This document shows, one piece after another, positions 29,779 to 44,134 of a DNA stretch of 64,000 nucleotides. The notes under the pieces were generated by a model. The model made no database searches and was not told the DNA's origin. It saw nothing but the letters and a program-made list of their open reading frames with translations. How positions within the stretch are numbered: the first letter of the stretch is position 1; every line of letters begins with the position of its first letter. Origin of the DNA: Paramecium tetraurelia (lineage: Eukaryota); the NCBI GenBank assembly GCA_000165425.1, contig CT867992.1:1-64000 (forward strand). Reading direction: 5' to 3'. The position numbers and the translations under genes are program-made.

Positions 29779-32064
29779 ATGTAAAATAATAACAGCTTCG
29801 AATACTAATCAAGTCAAGGTAAAAGAGAAATTATGCTCTAGTAAATTATCTTGGAGCAAAAATAGAAGATTAGAGATCTAGAATTACAAACACAAAAACA
29901 ATAAACACCTCCAATGTATAAACAATAATTATTGGAATGCACAAATCAATTGGAGGAAAGCAAGAACATAATTAAACAACTCCTGCAATAGAAAGATCAA
30001 TTGACTCAAAAAATACAAACAATTGAATCTGAAATGGAAGTGCAATAAAGTCAAGCTGTCTAAGAAATACAAAATCAATACAATCAGAGAATCAAACAAT
30101 TGCAACACGAAAATCAATTATTGCAAGAAGAATTGCAACAGTTCTAACCATTATCTAAAGCATTAAATAATTATACTCAAGAAGAGAAGTACATCTAATA
30201 AATCAACATTTTATACGATTTCTTAACTTAATGGCAGAAATAGAATATGTCAGAATTAGTTTATTACAAACGAGAATTAGAAATACAAATAACCTAAAAA
30301 GAAACATTAAATTCAAAGCATATCGAAGAAAAGAAGGAACTCACTACTCAATTGAATTAGAGAATTAAATTGGATCAACAAATTTAAAATGATGTCATAC
30401 TTCAATTATAAGCCACTCTTCAAGAAATATCCAAATTCCAAAATGAAATTAAATAATTTAAGCTTTTCAATGGCAATTATCAAAAGATAGAAGAATCTCT
30501 CCTTCAATAAATTGAAAATCTTAAACCAATCTCAACTATTCAATAAGTTTAATAGATTAAATCTAATCAATCTCAATATACTACAAAAATTGAGAACAAT
30601 CAGTAGGATGATCAAATTGCCTATCTGAGATCAGAAAATGAATAATTAAAATAAGCAACTGATGACATCAAATCGTTATCCTTACTCAGAGAGAAAACAT
30701 TAAAATAGGAGATACAAAGAAACAAAGACAAATGTGAATATCTCACTTAACAAATCGAGAGTAGAGAGAAACATTACATTTAAGATTTACAGAAAATTAA
30801 ACAATATATTGAATAAATAGAGAAGAATTATGAATCAAGGGAAAATTTCTATAAATTTAATAGTGAAGAACTCTAATCATTACTTGACAATTTCAGGAAT
30901 ATCACATAATAGATTTCAACAGAATTAAGAAGCAGAAAAGGCAATGAACACATTAAAGAATGTAAGGATTTATTGGCAAAGTTGGTTCAAAGTAAATCAA
31001 AATAACCCAAACAAATTAAAAGTTTAGAAAAATTAGAAACTATTTGTAAAGATTTATTGAAAAATTAATAATTAATCAAACAAAATGAAGATCTAAAGGA
31101 TTTAATCATAGATGTTAGCAAGCAAATTTTGAATTCACAAGAGTACAAACAATAAACCATTATTTTGTTTGAAGCCCTTGATCAATTAGAAGGCATTATC
31201 ACTAGTCCTAATAAACGGGTTGATGATTTGCTGGATTTATTCCACAAAGAATTACAATAGCTAACCAAATTAAGAGAATAGACTTATCAAAATAATAATA
31301 TTTACACATAGATCTTAGAAATCATCAAAGAAAAATAAGATAGCCCAACAGTATAAGCTAGCAATTAAAAAGAAGTGGAACATATTTCTTAATTGAGATA
31401 ATTGGAATAAGAACAATATAAAAAAGAAATCGATATTGCTATTAATCGAAGTCAAAAGCTATTGGAAGTGCAGGAGATGAAGATTAAGAATCTTGAGTAC
31501 TAGATAAGGAAGTAGGAGCAATATATTAATTAATAATATCAATCAACATCATCTTAGTAGACTGAAATGGATGCATTGATTAAGCAGCAAAATAAGTAAA
31601 TTATTAAATTATAGAAACAATTAAATGAAATCCAACAGCAAAGAGTCTAAGATAAAAAGGACCTGATTAAACTTATATAAGATAGCGAAGCCAAACAAAT
31701 TGAGAATTAAAATAAGATGTTAAAATTAATAGATGTAAAATATAATACCATTGCTGATATTGTTAATAAGAAAGTGAACAAATTAATTAAACCAGAAAAA
31801 GTTTAAAATAATGAGGAACAATCAAAAATAATACAATAAGATACTAATTCTCAGATTAAATAGTTGATTAAGAAGGATCAAGAGAGAGATCAACAATACT
31901 AATCATAATTAGAGTAACTAAGACAAGTGATTGATGAATTAAAAAATAGCATCTAGAATCTTCATGCAGAAAAAGGAGAATTAATTTAGCAATTGGATGA
32001 ACTTAATAAGGTTGTGCAAACTTAAAAAAAGGTTTACTATTCTTTTCGTTAACAATAATAATGA
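29779..32064 (+). CDS. Long coiled-coil protein (about 761 aa)
   Basis: Q/E/K/L-rich heptad-like frame. ATG-to-TGA span is a whole number of codons, apparently intronless. Confidence 0.8.
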
Positions 32065-32085
32065 TTTATGTTTATTTATTAAAAT

Positions 32086-33589
32086 TCAATAGTTTTCATT
32101 ATACATATTTATCAATTTCACAATTAAACTTAAGCTTTCAAAAGTGATAAGATTGTCAATATCAAACCAATTAAATCGATATTAATAAATAATCCCTTTC
32201 AGTACTCTTTCTAAGCTAACTACTTCATGATCTTTAACCTTATTAGAGCTCTCAATAACATTAGACAAATCTGTCAATGCAGAGAATATCATGTTTTCTC
32301 TGATATTAATCTGCTTATTTGCATGTTAAGTACACAATTGCTTTATCAGTTACTTTACATATATCAATAATTAAGGTCTAGCCATTAATCCATTTTTATA
32401 TAGATCGTGAATACATTTCACTGTCAATTTAATTATTTCCTAATTGTTCAATGAATTTTGAAATCTCTCCTCAATGCACATATTCAAAGTCTCTCTCAAC
32501 AAGGGTTTCTTCTTATTATTCTAATAAAAGAGTGATTTCAACTCTGGATTAGATATAAAATTTAATAAACATTACACATATTTTGAATTTTACTCTAAGA
32601 TCAATTTGTCCAAATATACATCTACAATATATTTAACTAAATCTTTGTAATTCAAAGCAATTGTTCCAATAAATTACTCAACCAAGACATTCTTTGGAAC
32701 TTGAGGTAGTGACAAAATGATTTCTTATTTTAAATTATCTATTATATTTATCTCTTAAACATTAAAGTCCTTGTTGATTCTTTCTTGAAACATTTGATTA
32801 AATTGCAACTTAGGTGTCAAATACACTTTTGAATAGAGTATACTATAATTATTAAATAATAATTACCAATTCTTGAGTTGCTCTTTGTCTAACTTAAATA
32901 GTTCTTAAAACACTAAGATTCTTTATTCATATAATGATTCCATATATTATGACTCGACAATTTAAACTTTCGAATCAGTTAACTCATAGATTGAAGCGAT
33001 GATACTGTTAAAGTTTTTGAAATCATAAAGATAGCAAAAACTATAATGTAAGATTAAGTTTTGATAGATTGATATAAGAAAAGCGTCTTCCAAAATCCCT
33101 GATAAATGTTTAATAGCAAGATAGACTTTCCCATGGTTAGCTTTGATGTCTTTAACTATTTTTTTTTATATTGCTTCTTAAAAGTCATTTTGTAAATTGA
33201 AGATATCGAGTATCACTTAAATATATTCCTTGTTGTCAGTTCTATAAAACCATTCAATGCATTATTCAGCTGTATTTTAAACTAAAATTGTAAAATGCAA
33301 TTTTACTAATTAAGTACTCGTCATCAAATTATTCAAAAAGCAATTAACTAATATTCGGATGGGTAAATGCTTGTAATAATCTATAAGTATTCAAAATCTT
33401 CTCTTAATATTAATGAGATTATTGATATTATTCTCTAATGATATCATCCTACAATTTGTATTAAGAGTTTGATTATCTAATCATTTTTCTATCTGCCAAC
33501 TTCTTTAGATGATCAGTATTATCCCCTAGTTCCACATTGTCAATTAAATAAGCCAGTTGTTCTGCTGTGTAGTAATTCTGTTATTACAT
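32086..33589 (-). CDS. Hypothetical helical protein
   Basis: MQQQNYYTAEQLAYLIDNVELGD... ends YRFNWFDIDNLITFESLSLIVKLINMYNENY*. Probable short introns near 33290 and 32850. Confidence 0.6.
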
Positions 33590-33636
33590 TAAAAATACGA
33601 TTTATTTTCTTTTATAAAATATTAATAATTTATAGT

Positions 33637-34663
33637 ATGGGACCAATGTGTTCAAGCTCGTAAATTAAAAGAAGGGAATCAAAATAAATTTAAACTGAAA
33701 AAATTGTTGAATAAATTAATAGCAACACAAATATCTTTAATAGCATAAACATAGTAATTGAGTTGATTAACGATATTAGTATCAATGATATGGAGATATA
33801 TTAGTAAATAATCTTGATTTGCCATTAAAGCAAGAGGTGTATGTAGAAGAATAGATTAAGATTCAAGTGCATTAAGAGGTTGAATAACAACTTGGGAGTT
33901 CTGTTTCAGAATAATAATAAAATCATTCTTTGGTTCCCTCTCAAAATCCACATCCATCAATCACTTTGGAAAATGAACAAGAACCTTATTCACAATTGCT
34001 GTAAAGTATGATAGTGAAAAAGAAGGAGAAATTGCAGATAATGCAACAAGACATCTAATTGCTTGAATATTCACCAATCAAACAAGAATTCAAATCTCAA
34101 AGTTCCGATCTCATTCAGTCGGTTGAACCATTTAACTTTGGATTTTGAATCATCCTCCTCCTCCTAATCAATCTAATGGAACCAGGAGTACACAATTGAT
34201 AGTAATGGAGAAATTTTAGTGACTGGAGTTGTTATAGGGGATAATTGACTTTTGAATATTATGAATAATATAAAACAATTAATTGAAGCTATTTAAAAAG
34301 TGGAACAGGAGTTTCATAAATTAAATATCAATCCTGAGGATCGAATACCCATCATTAGCAAAATGCTATTTAATTAAAATTTGCAGACTTTGGATAATCT
34401 TGATTAAGTATTGATCGCATAATTTTAGCAAAGTGGTATACATTCATATAATCAAAGGTCTAAGTGAACTTAATCAATATATTGATTACTTGCTTTATAG
34501 ATTGGATTCGTAATGCGATTTTGAGCTAAATTTAAATTATTAAACAAATGATAAAATATTAGAGGAAATCTCGTCATATCAGTAATAATTTAAGGAACAA
34601 GCGACATAAGATGAGAATGAGGTTAAGAAAGTATCAAGGCCGAGAATCTCAGCTCAGAGATGA
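33637..34663 (+). CDS. Hypothetical protein with MGxxCS N-terminus (possibly degenerate)
   Basis: MGPMCSSSQIKRRES... and a 3' frame HIIKGLSELNQYIDYLLYRLDSQ...RPRISAQR*. The central frames contain TGAs that I could not splice out with confidence. Confidence 0.45.
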
Positions 34664-34734
34664 ATTATATGTCTATACAATTGATATAAATTTGATTGTT
34701 GTCTTAGATATAAAATATAATCTAAATGAAAATA

Positions 34735-37700
34735 TCACAATTCTTGAAGATTTTAAAACAAAAAGTCGAAGTATCTATCTCCTTTTATATTTAAAATGTC
34801 TAAATATTATTTTATTGCAATTTAATTATTTTCATCCTTATGAATAAAGAAGAGAAGCTCTTTGATATATATAATTCTATCAAAGTAGTTTGTGTCTAAA
34901 TGTTTTAATATAATAAATACTTTCTTCCTCTGGAGCCCTCTCAAATTCATCAAACCAAGCTGCTGTGTTGACAAAGTTTTCCTTATCAACCAAAGGCCCA
35001 TTTAATTAGGCTTAATACATTTGCAATTCCTCTTCCTTTGGAGTTGGGGATTGTAATAAGATCAGGTAAGTACATATTTATCTGACATTGACATAACTAT
35101 AATTGAATAGAAATGGTGAAATACCCATTTTGATCTAGCACTTTTAGAGCTCGCATCCATTATGCAGGAGTGAATTTAAGTACACCATAGGAGGATCTAG
35201 ACAAAAGTATAGCAAGTTGTTTGATATCAATGAGCAAGTGAGTACTAGTAATGGCTCTTAAGTCTTCTATTAAATAGTATAATTGAGATATGGAAAATCT
35301 TTCTTTCGATAAAGGTTCTCTGGCGGTCAAGGGAGGTGGAATAGGTGTCAAGAAATTAAGCACTTCATGACTAATGATGACATCCACAAACTATAGTTAG
35401 AGTTCCTTCTAAATTCTCTCACATCTCTCTATGTACCCTCTGAATAGATTAGAAATGGCATCTAATGCTTTGATTTCAGTCAAATGAGTGTAATGTATCC
35501 ATTCATCTAATTTAGAATATAATAGATCAGCAGCCTATCTATATTTCAGAATAGTTTAAGTAGCAAATCTTTTGATCACATCAACTCTTTCTTTAAATAT
35601 TTGTTTTTCTAAATTGATAGCATTTACAGCTTCAGCATTTTATAGTTCCTTCTTAATAACTTCCTCTTCCTTTCCTTTTTTTCCCTTTTTCTCTTCTTTC
35701 TTTGCTGGTTGTTTACCGCCTTTCTTAGTTTTGTCCTCTACGATTTCCTCTTCTCCTGCAAATATTCTCAAAGCATCAGCTATCAATTTATCTAATCTAA
35801 CTTAGGGATCATCTCCATCCATCAATTGTAATTCTCCAACACCAGGTTAAATATCCGATAATTCAATGCCTTCCAATGTACTATAATAATCATTTAATAA
35901 TTAAATCGAATTCTATGCTCTATCTAATTCAATTGCCAGCATTGACTTCAATTACTATAAATAGAGATCAATTTCATTTTCTATAAATTGTGAAGTTTAT
36001 ATTTGTTATTTCTCTACTATTAAGTCATCTCTCTTTTAATCAATTAAATCTATTAATTAATCATATAAGTCATCAACTCTCTAATGTAATTCTTCCTTAC
36101 AAATATCCTCCTCACATAAATCTGGATTCTCCAAAACAAATTCGTTGTATTATTCTTAAAAATTTCTAATGAAAAAAAACTTTTCATCTGGCGTGTTAAT
36201 CAAATCAATGAATTTGCGCTAAATATCCATTTGATAATTGATAATGAATTCTCTTTGTTCTCTGAATCCCTTGAAAACATTTTAAAGGGACATGTACTTA
36301 TTCTCAATTAGATTCCAAAAACCATTTAAGTATTTTAAAAAGGCCTAATTTGGTTATTTCACAGGCAATGTATCTAATTGAACTTATTTAAATTAACATT
36401 TTTTATCTGATTCTTCTTACTCCTACTATTATTTTATTGATTCTTCTTGCTCCAATATTTTATTCTATTATGCTTCATATTTTTATTAAATTTAATTAAC
36501 TTGAATTTAAAGAAAGTTTTAGAATACTTAGTCCACATCATAAAATACTCTTTCATAATTATTAGATGCATCTATACTTATGAATGCCTGTTATAGATTG
36601 GATGCACATTTGGATTCAAAATTATCATACCAATTTCTGACTCCCTCTATTTGAGTCATAAAATATGAATTTTTATCTGAGATCTACTATTAAAGATTGT
36701 CAACTTCATATAAAGGTTTGATTCTTTCAATTAAGGGAGCATTATCTACAGGAGGAGGATTGGAATCTAGATGATACAATAAGTTGCTATGATTGTCATA
36801 TCTTCTTCCAACTGCTCTTCTTAGACACATTTCATTAGATGGCATTTCCAAATACACACAAACTCCTACTCCACTCTCCTGTTTAGTCCTTGGAACCTTT
36901 TGGTATTCATTGGGTTTAACTATTCTAGCAGCGTCTTCGAGTCTAGCTTATAATGCTGTAAGTTCATCCTATGGTTGTATATTTGTTAGATATTTTTCCA
37001 AAAGTTTAGCTTAATCATACGTATGAGGAAACCCAACCAATAACCAGCCTGTGCAATAAGGTTTATTATTTATCATATTATTTCGATGAAAATCTTCCCA
37101 ATTAATACCATCATCATTGAAATCATCAATAGTTTTTATGGTTCTGGCATTATGATTTTGGTTTTTCGCTTTTTACTCTTCATAATTGTCTTCGAATTTT
37201 TAGTAGGGAAATGTTCTTTTAATTTTCAACACAATAGCTTTGATGTATAGTTCATCAGGAATATTTTGTCCTTCTAAGAGATAATTGGATATCGATTGAC
37301 CCAATTCTATTTATTGCTGATCCCATACCTATGAATGCTCTTCTCCTTACTGATATATACTTATGTATTCCAATAATTCATTGATTATGACATCAACACA
37401 CAATACAGTAATTCCATACTTCTAGCTCAATAAGTCACTGATAGTTCTCTTACCACTAAATGCGAATCCTATCAAAGACCCTCTAAATGGAACATAAGGA
37501 ATGTGTAATTCTTGCTCTTTTGTTTCAGTAACTTCAAATTAACTCTCAATTAAATATCTCACTAAATTCCCCAGAGTATAATTATTTTATGCTTGATAGA
37601 TACTCCATGCTCCAGTACCTTCTAAATAGTCTTGCATTTCCATTTTGGCCAAAAACATTTTTTATTAGTTATTTTAATTCTCCTGTTTCTTCATTTCCTT

Positions 37701-39095
37701 TATGGGATCATAAGTTCTAAATCTTTTGTAAGGGATCAATTCCATTCCTTACTCAAATAAATGATTATTTTCTCTAGTGAATTACTCATTTATTTGATTT
37801 GAATCATGATTTTACAGATGTTCATATACTTATTCTTCAATTTCAAATAGAATTTCAACTAATTTTCTGCATTTCTCATAATTCTATTGTCTAATCAACA
37901 ATTTATATTCAACATTTATTTCTAATTATCTCTTCTATTGTAATTCAATTTCTTCATTAAATTCTTATTATAAAGATCTCAACATTTCTTCCTCCTTGAA
38001 TTTCCGATTGATAACATTCAATTCCTACTTATTTTTATAATTCTCGTCTCTTAAATTTCTGTTTTCACAAATCACTTCTTTACATTAGAATGCTCTCCAT
38101 ATCTCATACATTATTTCTTACTCTTATCTACTCTATTATTTCAGTTTCTCTAAAACACAACATTCTCTTCTTTGTAGTTCATTTGTCTACTTCTCCTAAT
38201 CTACAATCATCTTCCTTCTCCTTTTATCTCTCTCCTTCCTCATGAATTCATTCATCATCTTATTTCTCAATCCCAAACTAACAGGTTCATCTTGTTATCT
38301 ATTCTCAAATTATTCAATCTACTACTCCATCTCCCCTTTCAAAAACTATTAAGTCTAAACCAATCTATCCTCTGCTATTTTCTGCATGGTAGATTTAAAT
38401 TTATCATCATCCACTCTATTTTTATATCTGATTGACTAATTTTTCTTCCAATTATCAATTCCCTTTTAATTCCAATCTTCCATAAATGCCATGTTTCTTT
38501 ATAATTTATTCAATTGTATCTTTCTCATATCTTCTTTAAGATTCCTCTCCTCTGTTNNNNNNNNNNNNNNNNNNNNNNNNNNNNNNNNNNNNNNNNNNNN
38601 NNNNNNNNNNNNNNNNNNNNNNNNNNNNNNNNNNNNNNNNNNNNNNNNNNNNNNNNNNNNNNNNNNNNNNNNNNNNNNNNNNNNNNNNNNNNNNNNNNNN
38701 NNNNNNCATCATCACATCATGCGGATCATTCACTTTTTACAATTACTTTAAAATATCAGATCTCTCATACCATCTATAATTGATATAACAATTGCATCGC
38801 CACTCCCTTTTTACCCTTAATAACTTAATCAGCCATCTAAAAATTAAATGAAATGTGAAGTGTCTTGAATGTTGGTTCAAGCAATTAGAAATTCTTCATT
38901 TTAGCCTCTCTAACATCTCTATCTCATTATCTTATTTTATTACTTATTTGAGAATTCTTCAAAATTTAGCTATTGATTGAATTTGCTCAGCAATTCACCA
39001 AAAAGATATCCATTACTGAAATCATGCTCAAATGATTTTACCTTCTTACTTAATTGGACTTCATCATTAAGCCACACCATAAGAAGTTACGACAT
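34735..39095 (-). CDS. SPEF2: Sperm flagellar protein 2 / CPC1-like central-pair protein
   Basis: N-terminal CH domain MSQLLMVWLNDEVQLSKKVKSFEHDFSNGYLFGELL, coiled coil, adenylate-kinase-like region (IGFAFSGKRT, GWLLVGFPHT), KEELHQRVDDL. Spans an N gap. Confidence 0.9.
38557..38706. other. Assembly gap (150 N) inside SPEF2
   Basis: Run of N. Confidence 0.95.
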
Positions 39096-39124
39096 TTTTT
39101 TAATTATAATAAAAAATTATCAAA

Positions 39125-40555
39125 TCAAATAACAATTGCATTCAGATTCGTCTTCAGAATATCGTGATATAATTGAAAATCGTAGTCATTCAGTTTACTC
39201 TAAGCCAATTCCTCATAATCAATAGGTGAATCTTTGCCATCTCGTAACACTCTTGCAAAGTTGATCAAATATTCTGTTAATACCAATAAGTATGTTTCAC
39301 TCATATTTTATATATTCCTTTATGCTATTGTCAGATACTCTAAGCAATAATCCTAACAAATTTAGGGAACTCTCTCAATACTAAATTCACATGATAATCT
39401 TAATTCTTCTATATCGTGCATAAACAGTACATAAAAATCGTGTTCCCTTTTTAGTTCTGGTAACTCTTTTATTAATTGTTGACTCAAAACTAAAACCCAC
39501 TTTGATAGACAAAAGGATAGTTTCAATAGTACATTATTGCCTTCGCAAAATTGCAGAATCTCTGACTTATTAACTAATATCTCTTAACACAAATAATGCT
39601 TAAATATGATCTCCTACCTTTTCTTTTATTATTCTGGTTAGATTGAGTTGATATTGGATTTGGTATCACATGAGGCACTTACTTCTAAAATATTGGTTTT
39701 GCTCTGAGATTGCGGTTGTGGAATTGAGTTTTTATCAGCCTTCATTAAAGGAGATGTATTGACCATCTAGACCACTTCTTACCAATTCGGTCTTCGAAAT
39801 TCGTCTATAGTCAGTGTCTTCTCTAGGAAGAACATGCTGAATTAACTAATTTTGGCTTATTTCAATTTCTCTATGATTGGTTGATTCAGGATCTTTTTTA
39901 ATAAGGATTAAGGATCACTAGCTAACCAAGGGAGATTTCCGAAAATCATTTCGAAATAGATGACTGCCAGAGACCATATGTCGCATTTGAAGCAATATTA
40001 TTAATAACCAAGTAATTGCGGTGCCATGTAATAGGGGGATCCAACCAAAGATTTAAGCATGTTTGTGCTTGAATAATTGTTCACTATTTTGGCAAACCCA
40101 AAATCTGCAATTTTGAAAATTCCATTGTTAATCAAAATATTGGCTGGTTTCAAATCTCTATGAATAATGCTATGTTTTTGTAATTCTTTGAATCCTTCAA
40201 CAATTTGTCTGAGGACATCGAATGATTCTACTTCGCTTAATCTTTTTTAATTCAGCAGTTCTTTTAGATCGCCGTCTTTGCAGTATTCGATAATGATGTA
40301 GATGTATTTGGGAGTATCAATCAAATCTATAAATCTAACAATGTTGGGGTGATTGCATTTTTTTAGAATTTCGATTTCATTAATGATCTGTTATTTAATA
40401 TACTTGTCTTGTTACTCGATGAATTTGGTGTCTATTTATTTGATAGCTACTTGCTCATTGTTTTCAGTGTCTTATCCGAGGAACACTTTTCCATAGGCAC
40501 CCTCTCCCAAACAAAAGCGAGAATTGAATTAAAACTTGCCAACTTGAACATTCAT
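39125..40555 (-). CDS. ULK/ATG1-like Ser/Thr kinase
   Basis: LGEGAYGKVF, VAIK, EYCKDGDL, HRDLKPANIL, IADFGFAK, SLVGSPYYMAPQ, then a helical C-terminal region. Confidence 0.88.
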
Positions 40556-40578
40556 ATTTAATCGTTTTTATAATAATA

Positions 40579-41900
40579 ATGAAGCAATTCATATGTGTGT
40601 TGCTATTCTTAGGAGTGATGGGATCTGATTTAGAAAGTACAATAAAAGAAGTAACAACTCAAAAATATGTAGATGAGACAAACAGAATTCGGTCGATCCT
40701 TTTTAGAGAAAATACAATTGATAGATCCAGTTGAGAAGATAATCAGGGACATTGCCAACTTTTACAATAGTGTGGACAGAAGATTGGAGGAAGGAGTGCA
40801 ACAGTTCAAACAATCACAGGAGAAATGCAATTAGGAGATAAAGGAATTGAAGACTAATGATGATGAGTTGAATCGAAAACTAGTAATCAAATAAACTATA
40901 ATATATAGAGAGATATTCAAATAACCAGGGCACGTAAATAACCTCGTTATGATCTAATAATCCATCGATTTCATCAGAAAAATAAGATGAGACAAGAACT
41001 TGATCACTAAGAAACCAGATATATTGAATTGAGAGAAGCAGAATAATCTTTTTTCAATTACAATCAAGATTAACTGGATAAAGCTATGGTGGTTATAGTG
41101 GAAATCAGGAATAAATTTATTGCTTACTTGTCGTTGAGATAGAATAGACAGCGAAAGGCTGCAGTTAGAGACAATTAGTACTGGGATGACGATGAAACTC
41201 CATTTAATGATGATGATTATGATGAAGAGGAGGAGGAAAGACAACATAATGAGAAGTATGCCTTCATTCAAATTATTGTGGCTATTTAAAGAGTCAAGAC
41301 TGGATTAGAAATGGTATGAGTATACATATTACATTCAGAATGGAGTTACTCAATTGGTTTAAGGCATTGAGGATTTATGTTAGCAGATGCATGATATCAA
41401 GGAAGGAAACATTATCTATGATGATTCAGAAGAAACTCTCAACAAATTGGCTAGCTAAGTCATTGATATCACATCAAGTGTTTTAGATTGGATTGCCTAA
41501 GTGAAGAGGAGGGAGGAGAAAGCTGATGATAGCAAAGGAGATGTAATTATCTAGACCTTGAAATTGATTAACAAACAAAAACAATAGGCTGATCTAGAAA
41601 TCGCACAATTAGGCAATGAATCTGCTGCCTTAAGTTAGCAATTGAGTTCTTTGGAGTAGAGTGAGGATTTGACCAGATTTTCAATTAACAACAGCAAAGA
41701 CTTACTCTAAACAAAGATTGAAATGTGCAATGATTAGGAGGCAGCTTATAAGATGGAAAAAAGATAACTGTAAATTGTTGATTGACATTAGGGAAGAATA
41801 ATTGAATACTGTTGGGTTACTGTTGGAGGCTATGGAATAGAAAGGAGGATAGTTTAAGAGAGTTATGAAGACTTTGGAAGGAGTGGCCGATTACAAATGA
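40579..41900 (+). CDS. Trichocyst matrix protein-like (TMP/Grl family) secreted coiled-coil precursor
   Basis: Signal peptide MKQFICVLLFLGVMG, MRQTEFGRSFLEKIQL..DPVEKII, central AFIQ motif, spaced single Cys, heptad repeats, short introns. Confidence 0.72.
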
Positions 41901-41943
41901 TTCTGCATCTAGATATAATAAATTATTTAATTATAAATTAATT

Positions 41944-43392
41944 ATGGAGCAAAACATTCCTCATCAGTTGGTTATTCGGAACAAAAATGGAGTGTATCTT
42001 TCCAATATGTTGGCAAAGTCAGATGAGGAAATGCAATTGATTAATTAGGATGGTAATGCCTAATTGATCCTTATGGAAAATCATATAGTCATGTTCAATA
42101 AGTAATCCATCAAGCTCCATGATTATAAATAATAAGCGAAGGAACTGGAATTCACGAACTTGTAGAATATTCACCTTACAGAATCTAAATAAAATCTTAT
42201 TGTTATGGATAAATTAGATTAATAACAATATCAATTGCAAATCTTAAAGTTTCCTTCATTGGAATCAAAGGGTATCAATTTCAACTTTAAAAATTTCAAA
42301 AGAGAAGCTTGGCCAATCTTAAAATTTTCATTTGAAGATTAATACTTTTTTATTATTCAAAATTAAAAGTTACATTGTTATGCAGATAATTAATTTGTCT
42401 ATTAAACTGATATTGGAAATTGCGAATATTTTAGTGTTTAACCTAATACTCAAAAACCGTTGGTTGTTTGTTATAGTTTGATGGATTTCAATATTAAGGA
42501 ATCTTATTTAAAGATAGTTGACATCAATGGCAAAATAAAATATGAAAAGAAATTGCATTAAACTAGTGATTTGGAAGTGATTTGGTCACCAAATGGATAA
42601 TCTTTATTGATAAATAAAGGGTTCCATGAAGACAATACAAATAAGAGTTATTTTGGATAAAATTAAGTTTTGTTCTATGATTTCCCTAAAAATGCTCTCA
42701 GAGAATTGCCAACTTATGAAGGACCCATTCATCATGTTTAATGGTCACCATCCTCTAAAGAATTCATCTTACTATCCGGTTTCATGCCATCTGGGGCTGT
42801 TATGTATGACAATACTTGTAAACCACTGTTTGAATTCGGAAAAGATCATAAGAATAAAATTATTTGGGGAAATGGTAGATTTGTCATGATTTGTGGATTT
42901 GGAAATCTTGATGGTTCCATTCATATTTGGGATGCTAAAACTCTTAAATAAGTAAGTACAAACAAATACAAATCAGCTAGTTTATGTCACTGGTCACCAT
43001 GTAGTCGATATTATGTTTGTGCAAAAGTAACACCCAGAATGAATGTAGACAATTAATATTCACTCTTTGATTATCATGGTAAAGAAATAATCAATAGAAA
43101 ATTCTTGGAATTATATGATGTTTAATTTAGACCTTCAAATATTAAATTTGAGGAAAGACCACCTACTCCTCCTAAGCAAATTCAGTAAGAACCACCAAAA
43201 AAATAATTCATTGCCTTTGCTGACAATCCACTTGCATAATAAATGAGAGCTATGAAGGCAGGAGAGGGTGCTAGAGTATTACAAGTTGATGAAACTTTTG
43301 GAAAATAATCTAATAATTTCCCTCCTGGCTATGAGCCTCCAAAAGAAAAGAAGAAAAGAGTAAGAAAGCCAAAATAATAGTAATAATAATGA
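41944..43392 (+). CDS. EIF2A: Eukaryotic translation initiation factor 2A
   Basis: NKSYFG, EGPIHHVQWSPSSKEF, GFMPS, CGFGNLDGSIHIWD, WSPCSRY, PRMNVDN. Apparently intronless. Confidence 0.9.
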
Positions 43393-44134
43393 TGATTTAT
43401 CATATAAATCTAGAATAATCTATTTCTCTTATTTCTTCCTTCTATATATATATATATATAAAAATAAACTAGTAGGTTTCAATTATCTATAGATAGTAGA
43501 GATTTTTTATTAAGAACAAATTCTAATAATAAGAATAATATTTTTGATATTTCTATAAAAGGAACTAGCATGGAAATCCATCAATTATGTTTTAATCTTT
43601 GTTTAACATTATTATGAAAATTTTCTTATCATCGACCACTCTAGTATATTAATTTGTGAATTTCTATATTCAATCAGATCTGAAAATTCTTATAAGAAAA
43701 AAGAACTAAAATGTACATAATAATTTATTAATAATAAAAATTGTAATCAATTAATTAACATAACCAATCTTATGTAAAGTTATTAAATTATTAAGCAAGA
43801 TATTTGAGATCTCATTTATAAGTTTGAAATAATAGAACAATAGTGTTAATGTGGTTTATTTATAGCATATATATACCTTTGATATAGATAATTTAGATGT
43901 TATTTTATAATCTTTCTTCCATGTTTTTTCAATTAACTAATAAATGAATGTCATATATTATATTTATTCGTAAATTAATATGTATTTTGCTAAAGGGATG
44001 TAGAGTAGATATAGATAAGCAAATCATAAAGTAACTGAGAATCAGAACCTTATATAATAAGAAAATAGAGTTGAACATGAACTAGCGACATTTTGATTAT
44101 AAATTATTGTATTATTATTTTAAAAAACGAATTA

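Noticed and set aside
43440..43460. (TA)n tract, and another at about 55478-55493
   Set aside because: Ordinary short microsatellites in AT-rich intergenic DNA.
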